Below are positions 49,295 to 58,219 of a stretch of DNA of 64,000 bases, in pieces. Below the pieces are notes generated by a model. The model was not told the origin of the DNA. It did no database searches and saw only the letters and a program-made list of their open reading frames with translations. The position numbers and the translations under genes are program-made. Positions within the stretch are counted from its first letter, which is position 1. Every line of letters starts with the position of its first letter. Source of the stretch: an uncultured bacterium (GTDB lineage Bacteria; Oederibacteriota; Oederibacteriia; Oederibacteriales; Oederibacteriaceae); the NCBI GenBank assembly GCA_965112635.1, contig OZ218778.1, forward strand, positions 1,952,001-2,016,000, in the 5' to 3' direction.

Positions 49295-49624
49295 TTACTT
49301 AGCTGCGCCAGCTTTTCTCATCATCTTTTTAAGCGCTTTCTGGTCCGCCCTTAATTTCTTTTCGGCTGCTTTCTGGGCTGCTTTGTCTGCTTTCTGCTGG
49401 GTTTTATCCTGGGCAATGGCCGCTTTATCTTTGGCCTTCTTGTCCGCTTTGAGTTTGTCTCCGTCTGCTTTTACTGCAGCTTTAGCTTGATCCACAGCCT
49501 GCTTGTCTGCGTCAACGGTCGCCTGAGAGATCGGTGCAACCGCAGCTGTCTGAGCAACCAATAAAGAAGCCCCGCTCAAAACAAACACCATAACCACTAA
49601 AACCAAAATTTTAGTCATTTTCAT
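49295..49624 (-). CDS. Small secreted Lys/Ala-rich coiled-coil protein
   Basis: Signal peptide, KAD repeats, GAGGTG RBS, strong terminator. Confidence 0.8.
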   Translation of the reverse strand: MKMTKILVLVVMVFVLSGASLLVAQTAAVAPISQATVDADKQAVDQAKAAVKADGDKLKADKKAKDKAAIAQDKTQQKADKAAQKAAEKKLRADQKALKKMMRKAGAAK

Positions 49625-49818
49625 TTTCTATTCACCTCTTTTCTTTAGTTAATTTTGAATATCAAGATGTAGACCCTAATAGGTTCAACATTCTACTATA
49701 AATAACAATCTAAGGGTGAGAAAAATTTCATTAGGAAAGGGAGTATTTATAGCGCATTTTTAAGGGAAAAGTGAGATAATTATTTTAATTAGAGTTTGTA
49801 ATTGTTTTGGGAGGGGCA

Positions 49819-50481
49819 TTGAAGCGATCAGGCGTATTCCTGCTGTTATTGGTATCAATATTTTTAATGGCTAGCTGCGCTCACCGGGTCTTGGTCAGTC
49901 CTGTAGTGGATTTCAGCCAATATCAACGCATGGCTGTGCTGCCTTTTGACAGCAATACGACCTTTTCCAATGCCGGGAGCGAATTGGCGGACGGAATCGT
50001 GGTCCAGCTCATTCAGAATGCTCCGGCCGTGACCGTCGTGGAAAGGGCCAAGATCGACCAGGTCTTGCAGGAACAAAATTTGGCCGCCAGCGGTATTTTG
50101 GACCCATCAACGACGGTCAAGTTGCACCAGCTTTTAGGTATCAACCTGCTTCTGACCGGTAACTTCAAGGTCGCCATCGGCGATACCGTAGCGCCTTTGA
50201 GCTATTCCAACGGCGCCAGCGGTTCGCTGACGCCCCAGGACATCTATACGACCCGGCTGGTCAAAGGCACGGCGGTGGCGAGACTGATCGACGTGACCAC
50301 GGGCAAAGTGATATGGGCTAAACAGTTCGAAGCCGACACGTCCACCTATGCCATTTCTTCGAGCGGGCAACTGGTTGCCAGCGGCACCCGGACGGACGGG
50401 GAACTGGTGGATGACGTGGCCAACACTATAGCGCTTCATATAGCACAATGCTTTTGGGAACACGAAGAATATCAGTGGTAA
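49819..50481 (+). CDS. CsgG/HfaB-like lipoprotein
   Basis: Lipobox LMASC; AVLPF, VVER..IDQVLQEQ, ARLIDVTTGKVIW; TTG start after GGAGG. Confidence 0.8.
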   Translation: MKRSGVFLLLLVSIFLMASCAHRVLVSPVVDFSQYQRMAVLPFDSNTTFSNAGSELADGIVVQLIQNAPAVTVVERAKIDQVLQEQNLAASGILDPSTTVKLHQLLGINLLLTGNFKVAIGDTVAPLSYSNGASGSLTPQDIYTTRLVKGTAVARLIDVTTGKVIWAKQFEADTSTYAISSSGQLVASGTRTDGELVDDVANTIALHIAQCFWEHEEYQW

Positions 50482-50495
50482 AGGAGGTAAGGGAC

Positions 50496-50933
50496 ATGAA
50501 AAAGATATTATTCATCGCATTCCTGGTTGTTTTGGGAGCGACTTTTTACGCTGAAGCCCTTGAAATTTACCACTGGAACGAAGTCGACCAAGGTTTTGTA
50601 AGGGCTAAAGCGGAGAACAAAATGGTCGCTATCGACTTTTATTCCCCCAATGAAGGCTGGCAGAAGAAAATGGATGACCCTGCACGCAATGAGGTCAGGC
50701 AGCTTTTACAGGACCATTTTATTTTCATGAAAATCAATGTTTATGGTGAAAATATCGTGAGCTTCAAAGGACGCAAAGTCCTGGAAAGAGACCTGGCCCA
50801 GGAATTCATGGTGTCGGTCTATCCCACCCTTGTTTTTATGGACGCTGACGCCCATCCGCTTACCTATCTGCAGGGCTATGTCGCGCCTCCGGACATGCTG
50901 GCAGTGTTAAAGTACCTGCTTAAGATAAAATAA
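50496..50933 (+). CDS. Secreted thioredoxin-fold (SoxW-like) protein lacking CxxC
   Basis: AKAENK...IDFYSPNEGWQKKMD, YPTLVF, GY; GGAGG RBS. Confidence 0.75.
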   Translation: MKKILFIAFLVVLGATFYAEALEIYHWNEVDQGFVRAKAENKMVAIDFYSPNEGWQKKMDDPARNEVRQLLQDHFIFMKINVYGENIVSFKGRKVLERDLAQEFMVSVYPTLVFMDADAHPLTYLQGYVAPPDMLAVLKYLLKIK

Positions 50934-50983
50934 GTTTTCCCGCTAGAAAGCGCGCTATCCGTTCTGAAAAAGCAGATATTTGA

Positions 50984-51011
50984 GGAACTTTCTTTGCCTT
51001 TTATTGTCTAA
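50984..51011 (+). promoter_or_regulatory. ECF (sigmaE/AlgU-type) promoter
   Basis: GGAACTT-N15-GTCTAA, same spacing as the site at 24442. Confidence 0.65.
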
Positions 51012-51097
51012 TATTAGGGTAATGGTATATAAAAACCTTAAAAACATGCTATTTGCTGGGTCCTTTTGGGGATTTTGCAGAAGTAATGGAATAAGAG

Positions 51098-53349
51098 TTG
51101 ATTCGTGGCTATACTAAAAAAATAGGCTTTAATTTTAAAGAAAGGTTGGTACTCAGAGTGGGGGTAAACCGTTTGAAATTCACGGTATCCTTCATATTTT
51201 TATTCCTATTGATCTTTTTCGCTGTTCCTCTGCTTCAGGCGGATACAGTCGTAGTCAACAACTTATTAGCTTTACAAGCCGCCGTTTCTGCTTGCAGCGT
51301 AATAAGGCCTCCTGGCGGCAGGGTGATCATCATTCAGCCAGGGACCTATTCCCAAACCGACGAGGTCAACGTTACCATGACGCCAGGCACAGCAGACACG
51401 ATCGACCGTCTTACGATCACCGGTTCCACTGGCAATTACAATGACACGGTCCTGCAGGGTATGGGGATCGATAACACAAATCAAAATTTCAACTTCTGGG
51501 TCCACGATGCCCCCAATGTGACGATCATGAACATGACCCTTAAGAACACCTACTATTCCGCGATCCAGATCGAATTGAACTCCCAAAATTTTGAGGCGCT
51601 CAATGTGAAAATGCTCGATAACGGCGAGTGCGGTTTCAAGATAGCCAGTTCAACAGGGATCCTTGACCCTGTCACTCAGCCCAACTATCCTGATTTTGGG
51701 CTGGTGGAGAACTGCTGGATCGGTTTTTCGTCGACCGGACATCGCACTGTTGTAGAAGGTTTTGACAATGTCGCGGCGCAGGGGTGGGTGGTGGCCCATA
51801 ACACTTTTGTCAATGTTCAAGGGCCCCCGGGCCAGGGTGTCGTGGGTTATGGCTGTTTTGACAAGGGAGGTTCTATCAATTGCACGATTGACAGCAACTT
51901 ATTTCTGGATTGTGACATTGGGGCTTCTTTCGGGGGGGCAGCACGGGTACGCAATTTTTCCGCAACGGGACCTATCCTGTGGAGAACATAGGCGGCATCA
52001 TCAAGAACAATATCATCTGGGACCCTAACGATACCAATGCTGACACGGGGATTTATATCAACTGCGCCCAGAATTCCAAGGTTGAAAATAATACCGTGTG
52101 GAACCAGGCCGCTTGTTACACTGCCTCTCTCACCCCTTACGCCAATTCCATCGAGTTTCGCTTTGTCACCTGCACCGGATGCGTGTGCTACAACAATATA
52201 TGCCAAGGGGCTATCGTGAAGCGGGATGGTGCTGTGTGGGCGGCCCAAACCAATAACCAGCAGCAGTACATGAATTTTCCTCCCTTTCCCTTTGTCAACG
52301 CTGGGGGAGGCGATTTCCGTCTTCTCGCAGGCTCCTCGCCAGTGGATGCCGGTTTGTCCCTGCCTGCGGATGTTCCTGTCGACATAACAGGTACCGCAAG
52401 GCCCCAGGGGTGCTGCTGGGATATCGGTGCCTGGGAATTGATCCAGGGCACTTCAACTTTCACGCGGACTTCCACGCCCACCTATACAGGGACCGCCACC
52501 GCTACGCCGACCCGGACCGCGACCATAAGCCAGACGGCCACCCAGACGTTGACCCCGGCGGCAAGCTTTACCTGGACCGCCACGGCGACCCTGACGCTGA
52601 CCTCGTCGCAGACCCTTACCCCCAGCCAGACTTTTACCATTACCACCACCTCCACCCAAACCGTGACGCCGTCGCAGACCCTGACGCCCAGCCAGACCTT
52701 GACGCCCAGTCAGACTTTGACCTCCAGCCAGACCTTCACCATTACCAGCACCTCCACCCAGACCGGCACCTCGACCCTGACCCTGACCTCCAGCCAGACT
52801 CCGACCTCGAGCCAGACACCCACTGTCACGACCACCGCGACCCAAACCCAAACCCCCAGCCAGACGGCAACAGCTTCTCAAACAGCCACCATTACGCAGA
52901 CATTCACGGTCACCACCACGTTTACCGCGACCCTCACGGGGAGCCAGACCTTTACCGGTACCCAAACCGCCACCGCAACGCAGACTGTTACCCCTTCAAT
53001 GACCTTTACGCCTTCCCTGACTTTTACCAACACGCCGACTTTTATTACCACCCCGCCTACCTTGGGCAACAGCTTTATATATCCTTCGCCAGTCAACGGA
53101 AACAATGCCACGATCGTGTATTTCATGTCAGGGCCCGGGACCGTCAAGATACGAGTGTATAACGAGGCGGCACAGCTGGTGGCGACCTTAGAGGAGAATA
53201 AGCAGGGGGGCCCACAAGCGAGCCTTTTGGATGTGAGTAATTATGTGTCCGGAGTCTATCTCTATTTGATCAACATGAGGTACAACTCATCGGTGACCTA
53301 TACGGGTAACAACAAGGTGGGGCCAAAAAAATTCATAGTGCTGAAATAG
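51098..53349 (+). pseudogene. Secreted beta-helix protein with Thr-rich linker and CTD, frameshifted at a G7 tract (51932-51938)
   Basis: ORFs 51098-51991 and 51979-53349 join as SFGGGSTGTQFFRNGTYPVENIGG if one G is added. Contains DFRLLAGS..DIGAWE and KKFIVLK. True start probably slightly downstream. Confidence 0.75.
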
Positions 53350-53543
53350 TTTCCAGTCTTCCCGCCTGACTTTCCCGCATTTCCCCCTTTTTGTTTTACT
53401 TAAATTTAACTTAACCAGCTCGCTACAGATGGAGGTGAGTGCTATATCCAAAAAAATGAGGATTTGTGAAGGAATAGGCATTATAATTCTGGAAGAGTAA
53501 AGTCCTGTTGTAGCAGGGCCTTGTTGAATAAAGGAGGATTTAA

Positions 53544-54536
53544 ATGAACAAAGCAAAAGTTTTGATGTGTCCAGAAAAGGGCAAGGTAGAACTGCAGGAT
53601 ATCGAGATCCCTCAGCCGGACAAGGAAGAGATACAGGTCAGGGTCCACGCTTCCCTGATCAGTCCGGGGACAGAAAGGGCGTTCGCGCTGGGTCTGGCCA
53701 ACGCGGTGACGGATTTTCCCTGGCCTCCGGGGTATTGCACGGCTGGAGTGGTGGAGGCCGTGGGAACGGACATCAAACGCTTTAAAGTCGGGGACAGAGT
53801 GGTCGCCGCTATGATCGGGCACCGTTCCCTGGGTAACGCCTGGGAACCCCAGGTGATCCCTGTCGCCGAGGGCGTTCCCTTTGACAAGGCGGTGTTCATG
53901 CCTTTGGGGGTCGTGGCCCTGCAGGGTGTCCGCAAGGCCAGGATAGAGGTCGGCGAGGGAGTTTTGGTGCAGGGCCTGGGCATCATCGGCCAGCTGGCTT
54001 TGCAATACAGCCAACTCAACGGCGGCTTGCCGGTCGTGGGCCTGGACAGAGTGGAGAACAGACTTCAGATCGCCTCAAAGTGCGGGGCGGACGCGGTCTT
54101 TAACGGCGCGGACAAAAAGTGGAAGGACAAGCTGATGGAAATGACCGGAGGAGAGGGGCCACAGGTGCTCATCGAATCCACGGGCGTGCCCGAGGCAGTG
54201 GCGGACGCTTTCCAGACCGTCCGCAAGTTCGGCCGGGTGGTGATGCTGGGAAGCACCAGGGGCGACAGCACCATCAACTTTTACCGGGACGTGCACAAAA
54301 AGGCCCTGACCATTTATGGGGCGCATATTTCCGCCAATGCTTCCAGCGAATCCAGGCCGGGATATTGGACCTGGCTGGACGATGCCGCCTGCTTCATGCG
54401 GACCTTAAAGGCGGGCAAGCTGAAAATCGACCCCCTGACCACGGAAAAGATCTCGTGGAAAAAAGCGGAGGAGACCTACCGTAGCATGCTCAAGGGCAAC
54501 ACCGACATGGTGGGCACGGTCATTAACTGGGAATGA
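53544..54536 (+). CDS. Zinc-binding (MDR) alcohol dehydrogenase family protein
   Basis: SLISPGTE, PGY..AGVV, GLGIIG Rossmann motif. Confidence 0.88.
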   Translation: MNKAKVLMCPEKGKVELQDIEIPQPDKEEIQVRVHASLISPGTERAFALGLANAVTDFPWPPGYCTAGVVEAVGTDIKRFKVGDRVVAAMIGHRSLGNAWEPQVIPVAEGVPFDKAVFMPLGVVALQGVRKARIEVGEGVLVQGLGIIGQLALQYSQLNGGLPVVGLDRVENRLQIASKCGADAVFNGADKKWKDKLMEMTGGEGPQVLIESTGVPEAVADAFQTVRKFGRVVMLGSTRGDSTINFYRDVHKKALTIYGAHISANASSESRPGYWTWLDDAACFMRTLKAGKLKIDPLTTEKISWKKAEETYRSMLKGNTDMVGTVINWE

Positions 54537-56545
54537 AAAAGGAGAGAGAATTGAGCGTCATCTATCAGGAAGATTTCAGGGGTTGGGCTCCGGGCTTTTT
54601 GCCCCTCAACCCAAATTACAAAGCCCTGGGCGAATACCACTGCTTTGAATATCCAGACCTCAAAGGGTGGATGTGCCCGACCAACCACTGGAGCTGGGGC
54701 AACTGGGGAGCGCGTTTTTGGAAGGTCGTCAAGAACAAGAACAAAGCCTGCCTGACCCAGACCATCGACAGCCTGTACGACAACATGATCCTCATCAAAT
54801 ACGATGTGGATGCGCGGCATTGCGCCTATGAGGCCGTGGTCACTCCTGCCTCCCGGAAGATCGTGGAGATCGGCCTGGTGTTCAGGTACCGGGACAGTTT
54901 CACCTATTACGCGTTCATCCTTGATTACCATTTGGCCAAGCTGGTCAAAAGAGAAGAGAACCGCTGGGTGGTCCTGGGAGCAACGGCTTTTGAGGCGAAA
55001 AAGAATAAAAGTTACCGTTTGAAAATAGCGGACAGCGGGCCGGCCATCACCTGTTCCATCAATGGAAAACCGCTCATCTATGTCAAAGACCAGCCTGACC
55101 TTTTCAGCGGCAAGACCGGACTTATCGCTAATTTCCCGGCCAGTTTTACGGGCGTGAGCCTGGCCCAAGGGGCCAAGGCCGGCCAATCTGTTAAAAGCTG
55201 GGACATCATGCGGAACAAGTTCAAAAAAGAATATCCCCAACCGGTGCTGTGGCGGGAATTCAGCACCAAAGGGTATGGGACAGGCAAAAATTTCAGGTTC
55301 GGCGACCTGGACAACGACGGCCAGATGGAGATCGTCATCCCCCAGGTCCAATATATTTCCAACAGCAAAACAACCACCACGGCCGTGGGGTGCGTCACGG
55401 CCATTGATTTGAGAGGCAATGTCCTGTGGCAGCACGGCAAGCCTTCCAACTCCTCGGAGATCATTGCCAGCGACGTGCCCTGCCAGGTCTATGACATTGA
55501 CGGCGACGGCTGGCCTGAGGTTTTGTGCGCCATGGATTTTGAGCTGCTCATCATGGACGGCAGGACCGGCAGGATAAAACAGAGGATGCCCACCCCCAGG
55601 CCCATACCCCGCACCAAGACGGAAAAAGAACTGCTCTACGATTACGGAAGCCCCAGCGGGGAGGAGTTCCCCAGGATCGTGCCTCTGGGGCTGCTGGTCT
55701 GCAATGTTTCCGGCAAAAAGCGGGCCTCCGACATCCTGCTCAAGGACTACTACCACAACATCTGGATCTACGACAACAAGCTCAGGTTCCTCTGGCACCA
55801 CCTGTGCAACATCGGGCATACCCCGGCTTTTTACCCCTTGGGCAAGGACCGCAAGGACTGGGTGGTCGCCGGGTTTTCCATCCTGGACCCCACGGGCAAA
55901 TGCGTGCAGAGCTTTGACATGGCCGAGCATTGCGACGCGGTCACGGTGGGGAAGTTCAACGACTTTTCCGGCGAGCCCACCATCGCCATGGTCGCCGGAG
56001 GCGGCGGGTTTTCCCTGTTCGACCGCAAAGGCAATTTCAAGACCAACATGATGGGGCACGCCCAGCACCTCAACATCGCCAACTACAGGCCGGAACTGCC
56101 GGGCCTGGAGTACTGTGTCGTGACCTTCCATGACAACCCCGGGGTCATCTATATGTGGGACACCACGGGCAAACTTCTATGGAAAAAAGAGATGCTCATC
56201 GCCGGATGCACGGGCGAGCCGGTCAACTGGGACGGGTCGGGCGAGGAGCTTATTTTCTACTCCGGCCATCCGGAATACGGCGGCTTGCTCAACGGCTTTG
56301 GCGACAGGGTGGTGAGCTTCCCCAGGGACGGGCATCCTTACCTGTGCGGGGTCAACCTGGACCTGACCGCAGACAAGAGGGACGAGATCCTTTTGTGGGA
56401 CCTGGACAGGGTGAGCATCTACACCCAGGACAGGCCTTTTCAGGGGAAATCCATTTACGAGCCTGTCCGCAAGCCCGGCCTGCATAACTTTTCCAACTAC
56501 AACGCCATCGTGTCCATGCCGCGCTTCGTCAAGCCAAGAGCATAA
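54533..56545 (+). CDS. Beta-sandwich + FG-GAP/rhamnogalacturonan-lyase(PL11)-like propeller protein
   Basis: GDLDNDGQME, YDIDGDG.PEV, GHAQH...ANYRPELPGLE, DLTADKRDE, SNY. Confidence 0.65.
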   Translation: MKKERELSVIYQEDFRGWAPGFLPLNPNYKALGEYHCFEYPDLKGWMCPTNHWSWGNWGARFWKVVKNKNKACLTQTIDSLYDNMILIKYDVDARHCAYEAVVTPASRKIVEIGLVFRYRDSFTYYAFILDYHLAKLVKREENRWVVLGATAFEAKKNKSYRLKIADSGPAITCSINGKPLIYVKDQPDLFSGKTGLIANFPASFTGVSLAQGAKAGQSVKSWDIMRNKFKKEYPQPVLWREFSTKGYGTGKNFRFGDLDNDGQMEIVIPQVQYISNSKTTTTAVGCVTAIDLRGNVLWQHGKPSNSSEIIASDVPCQVYDIDGDGWPEVLCAMDFELLIMDGRTGRIKQRMPTPRPIPRTKTEKELLYDYGSPSGEEFPRIVPLGLLVCNVSGKKRASDILLKDYYHNIWIYDNKLRFLWHHLCNIGHTPAFYPLGKDRKDWVVAGFSILDPTGKCVQSFDMAEHCDAVTVGKFNDFSGEPTIAMVAGGGGFSLFDRKGNFKTNMMGHAQHLNIANYRPELPGLEYCVVTFHDNPGVIYMWDTTGKLLWKKEMLIAGCTGEPVNWDGSGEELIFYSGHPEYGGLLNGFGDRVVSFPRDGHPYLCGVNLDLTADKRDEILLWDLDRVSIYTQDRPFQGKSIYEPVRKPGLHNFSNYNAIVSMPRFVKPRA

Positions 56546-56609
56546 TTCCCGGAGCGATGACACAGCCCTAAACGGGTATTCCTGTGTCTAGCCTGGTGCT
56601 GTGCTCAGG

Positions 56610-56704
56610 GAACCCCCTTTTTTCCTTCTATATATATCAATCTGGATAATGGGTCGCAGGGCTCCATCAAGATCGGGCCCAAGAAGTTCATCGTGCTCCA
56701 TTAA
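56610..56704 (+). pseudogene. Orphan 3' remnant of a CTD-bearing gene
   Basis: Translates ...IYINLDNGSQGSIKIGPKKFIVLH*, compared with ...YLINMRYNSS..NKVGPKKFIVLK* at 53349; left boundary approximate. Confidence 0.6.
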
Positions 56705-56888
56705 CCCCGTCCTCAAAAGCTGGCGATTTCCAGATAAGACAATCCCCCCGGAATACCCCCACAATGCCCTCAATGCTGGGTTAAGTCCCTGCCGGACTGC
56801 TCTGGCTGGTCTGGTTGGTTTAACCGCAACAATCCCGCCTTCAGCGAGGCCTCTTTAAAATACCTCTGGATTCCGGCTAACCGCCAAC

Positions 56889-57212
56889 TGTCCGTAAAAC
56901 TGTCCGTAAAAAGTGTCCGCAAAGAATGTCCGCAAAGAACTGTCCGTAAAAACCTGCTATAAAACAATACTGTTATTAAATAACAATATTCAAGTGTCCG
57001 TAAAAACTGTCCATAAAACTGTCCGCAAAAGTGTCCGCAAAGAATGTCCGTAAAAAGTGTCCGCAAAGAATGTCCGCAAAGAACTGTCCGTAAAAACCTG
57101 CTATAAAACAATACTGTTATTAAATAACAATATTCAAGTGTCCGTAAAAACTGTCCATAAAACTGTCCGCAAAAGTGTCCGCAAAGAATGTCCGTAAAAA
57201 GTGTCCGCAAAA
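56889..57212 (+). repeat. Iteron-like array: 19 TGTCC(G/A)YAAA units at 12-14 bp spacing in a 144-bp higher-order tandem repeat
   Basis: Blocks of 5, 8 and 6 units separated by an identical AT-rich segment containing TGTTATT-A-AATAACA; period starts 56901, 57045, 57189. Confidence 0.92.
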
Positions 57213-57221
57213 GGCCAGGGT

Positions 57222-57239
57222 GTTGGTATAATGACCAAC
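57222..57239 (+). promoter_or_regulatory. Extended -10 promoter inside an inverted-repeat operator
   Basis: GTTGGT-ATAATG-ACCAAC contains TG-G-TATAAT; the -10 ends 9 nt before ATG 57242. Confidence 0.6.
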
Positions 57240-57241
57240 CT

Positions 57242-58219
57242 ATGCTGGACGCTTTAAAATCTCTCAGGACCCCAAAAAAGGACACTCAGGGTATCTTTGG
57301 CCTGCTGGCCTGGATATTCGGCGGGGTCTTCTTTTGCCATGTGATTTACCGCCTGTTTATCACCCCTGTGGACGGCTATCTGACCACCCACCAAAAATGG
57401 GTCCATGTCAGCCTGGGAAGCAACCCCTACTTCCTGACCGACCTGGGCCAATCCTGCGTTCCCTTTGTTATCTACATCATCTTCCTGTATCTCTACCTGT
57501 TCCTGCAGGAAGCCCGCTGCTGGGTGCTTTACCGGGCTCTCCAGGACGACCCGGCCCTGAGTATAGGTCAGATGACCTCTTTTCGCGGTCTAAAAGCCTG
57601 GTTCTACCTGTGGCTCGTCTGCCACTGGATGGCCATCCTAGGGGTCTACCGCATCTATACCACGGACGATAACCGGGTCTTTTTTCTCGATCTGACGGTG
57701 TGGTTCTGTTTGTGGGCATTCCTGGTCCAGTGGGCCAGCCAGAGCATCCTCAACCATCTGAGGGAAGTCAGGGACAGCGTGGCCCCCCAGTCTCTCCAAA
57801 AGGTCAGGGAGTCTTTTGGCAGCCTTTTCAAGGATGTCTGGTTCAGCGTGTGGGCTGACTCCATGCTCAAGCCGGAGCCGAAATTCAGGGAGCCTGATCC
57901 AGCGGTATCGCCGCTAGGCGGGCAGACCAGGGTCATCGATGTGGAGGCCGGGCCTGTCCAGGAAAAACCCCAGCCTGAGCCAGCGCCTGATAAGCCGGTG
58001 CAGGAAACCAGGACAGGGCCGGTCAAACAGCAGATATTGGACTGGGCCATCAAAAAGGTTGATTGGTTCAGCCCCAGGGAGCTGGAGGAGGATTTAAAGA
58101 TAAAATCCAAGACACGGCAACGCTATACCAACGAGCTCGTGGGCGAGAACCGTCTGGAAAAGGACGGCTCCGGCCCGCGCAACACAAAGTTCCGGGCGAA
58201 AAGAGGTTCTTTGAAATGA
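57242..58219 (+). CDS. Membrane protein (about 4 TM) with Pro-rich linker and C-terminal winged-helix-like domain
   Basis: Hydrophobic segments, then QQILDW....WFSPRELEEDLKIKSKTRQRYTNELVGENRLEKDGSGPRNTKF. Confidence 0.7.
   Translation: MLDALKSLRTPKKDTQGIFGLLAWIFGGVFFCHVIYRLFITPVDGYLTTHQKWVHVSLGSNPYFLTDLGQSCVPFVIYIIFLYLYLFLQEARCWVLYRALQDDPALSIGQMTSFRGLKAWFYLWLVCHWMAILGVYRIYTTDDNRVFFLDLTVWFCLWAFLVQWASQSILNHLREVRDSVAPQSLQKVRESFGSLFKDVWFSVWADSMLKPEPKFREPDPAVSPLGGQTRVIDVEAGPVQEKPQPEPAPDKPVQETRTGPVKQQILDWAIKKVDWFSPRELEEDLKIKSKTRQRYTNELVGENRLEKDGSGPRNTKFRAKRGSLK

Noticed and set aside
54476-56131. 551-aa minus-strand ORF and other long antisense ORFs over accC, alaS, hemD and the TonB receptor
   Set aside because: They overlap well-supported genes on the opposite strand and are expected from high GC3 codon bias; no motifs seen.
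56889-57212. CRISPR array interpretation of the repeat region
   Set aside because: Units are only 12-14 bp, the intervening segments are identical rather than unique spacers, and no cas gene is present.
56770-57285. 171-aa minus-strand ORF across the repeat array
   Set aside because: The repetitive translation follows from the 144-bp period (a multiple of 3). It overlaps the plus-strand gene start and has no protein-like features.
58063-58215. N-terminal extension of the secretin ORF given in the ORF track
   Set aside because: It overlaps the wHTH domain. ATG 58216 gives a clean signal peptide and an ATGA coupling.
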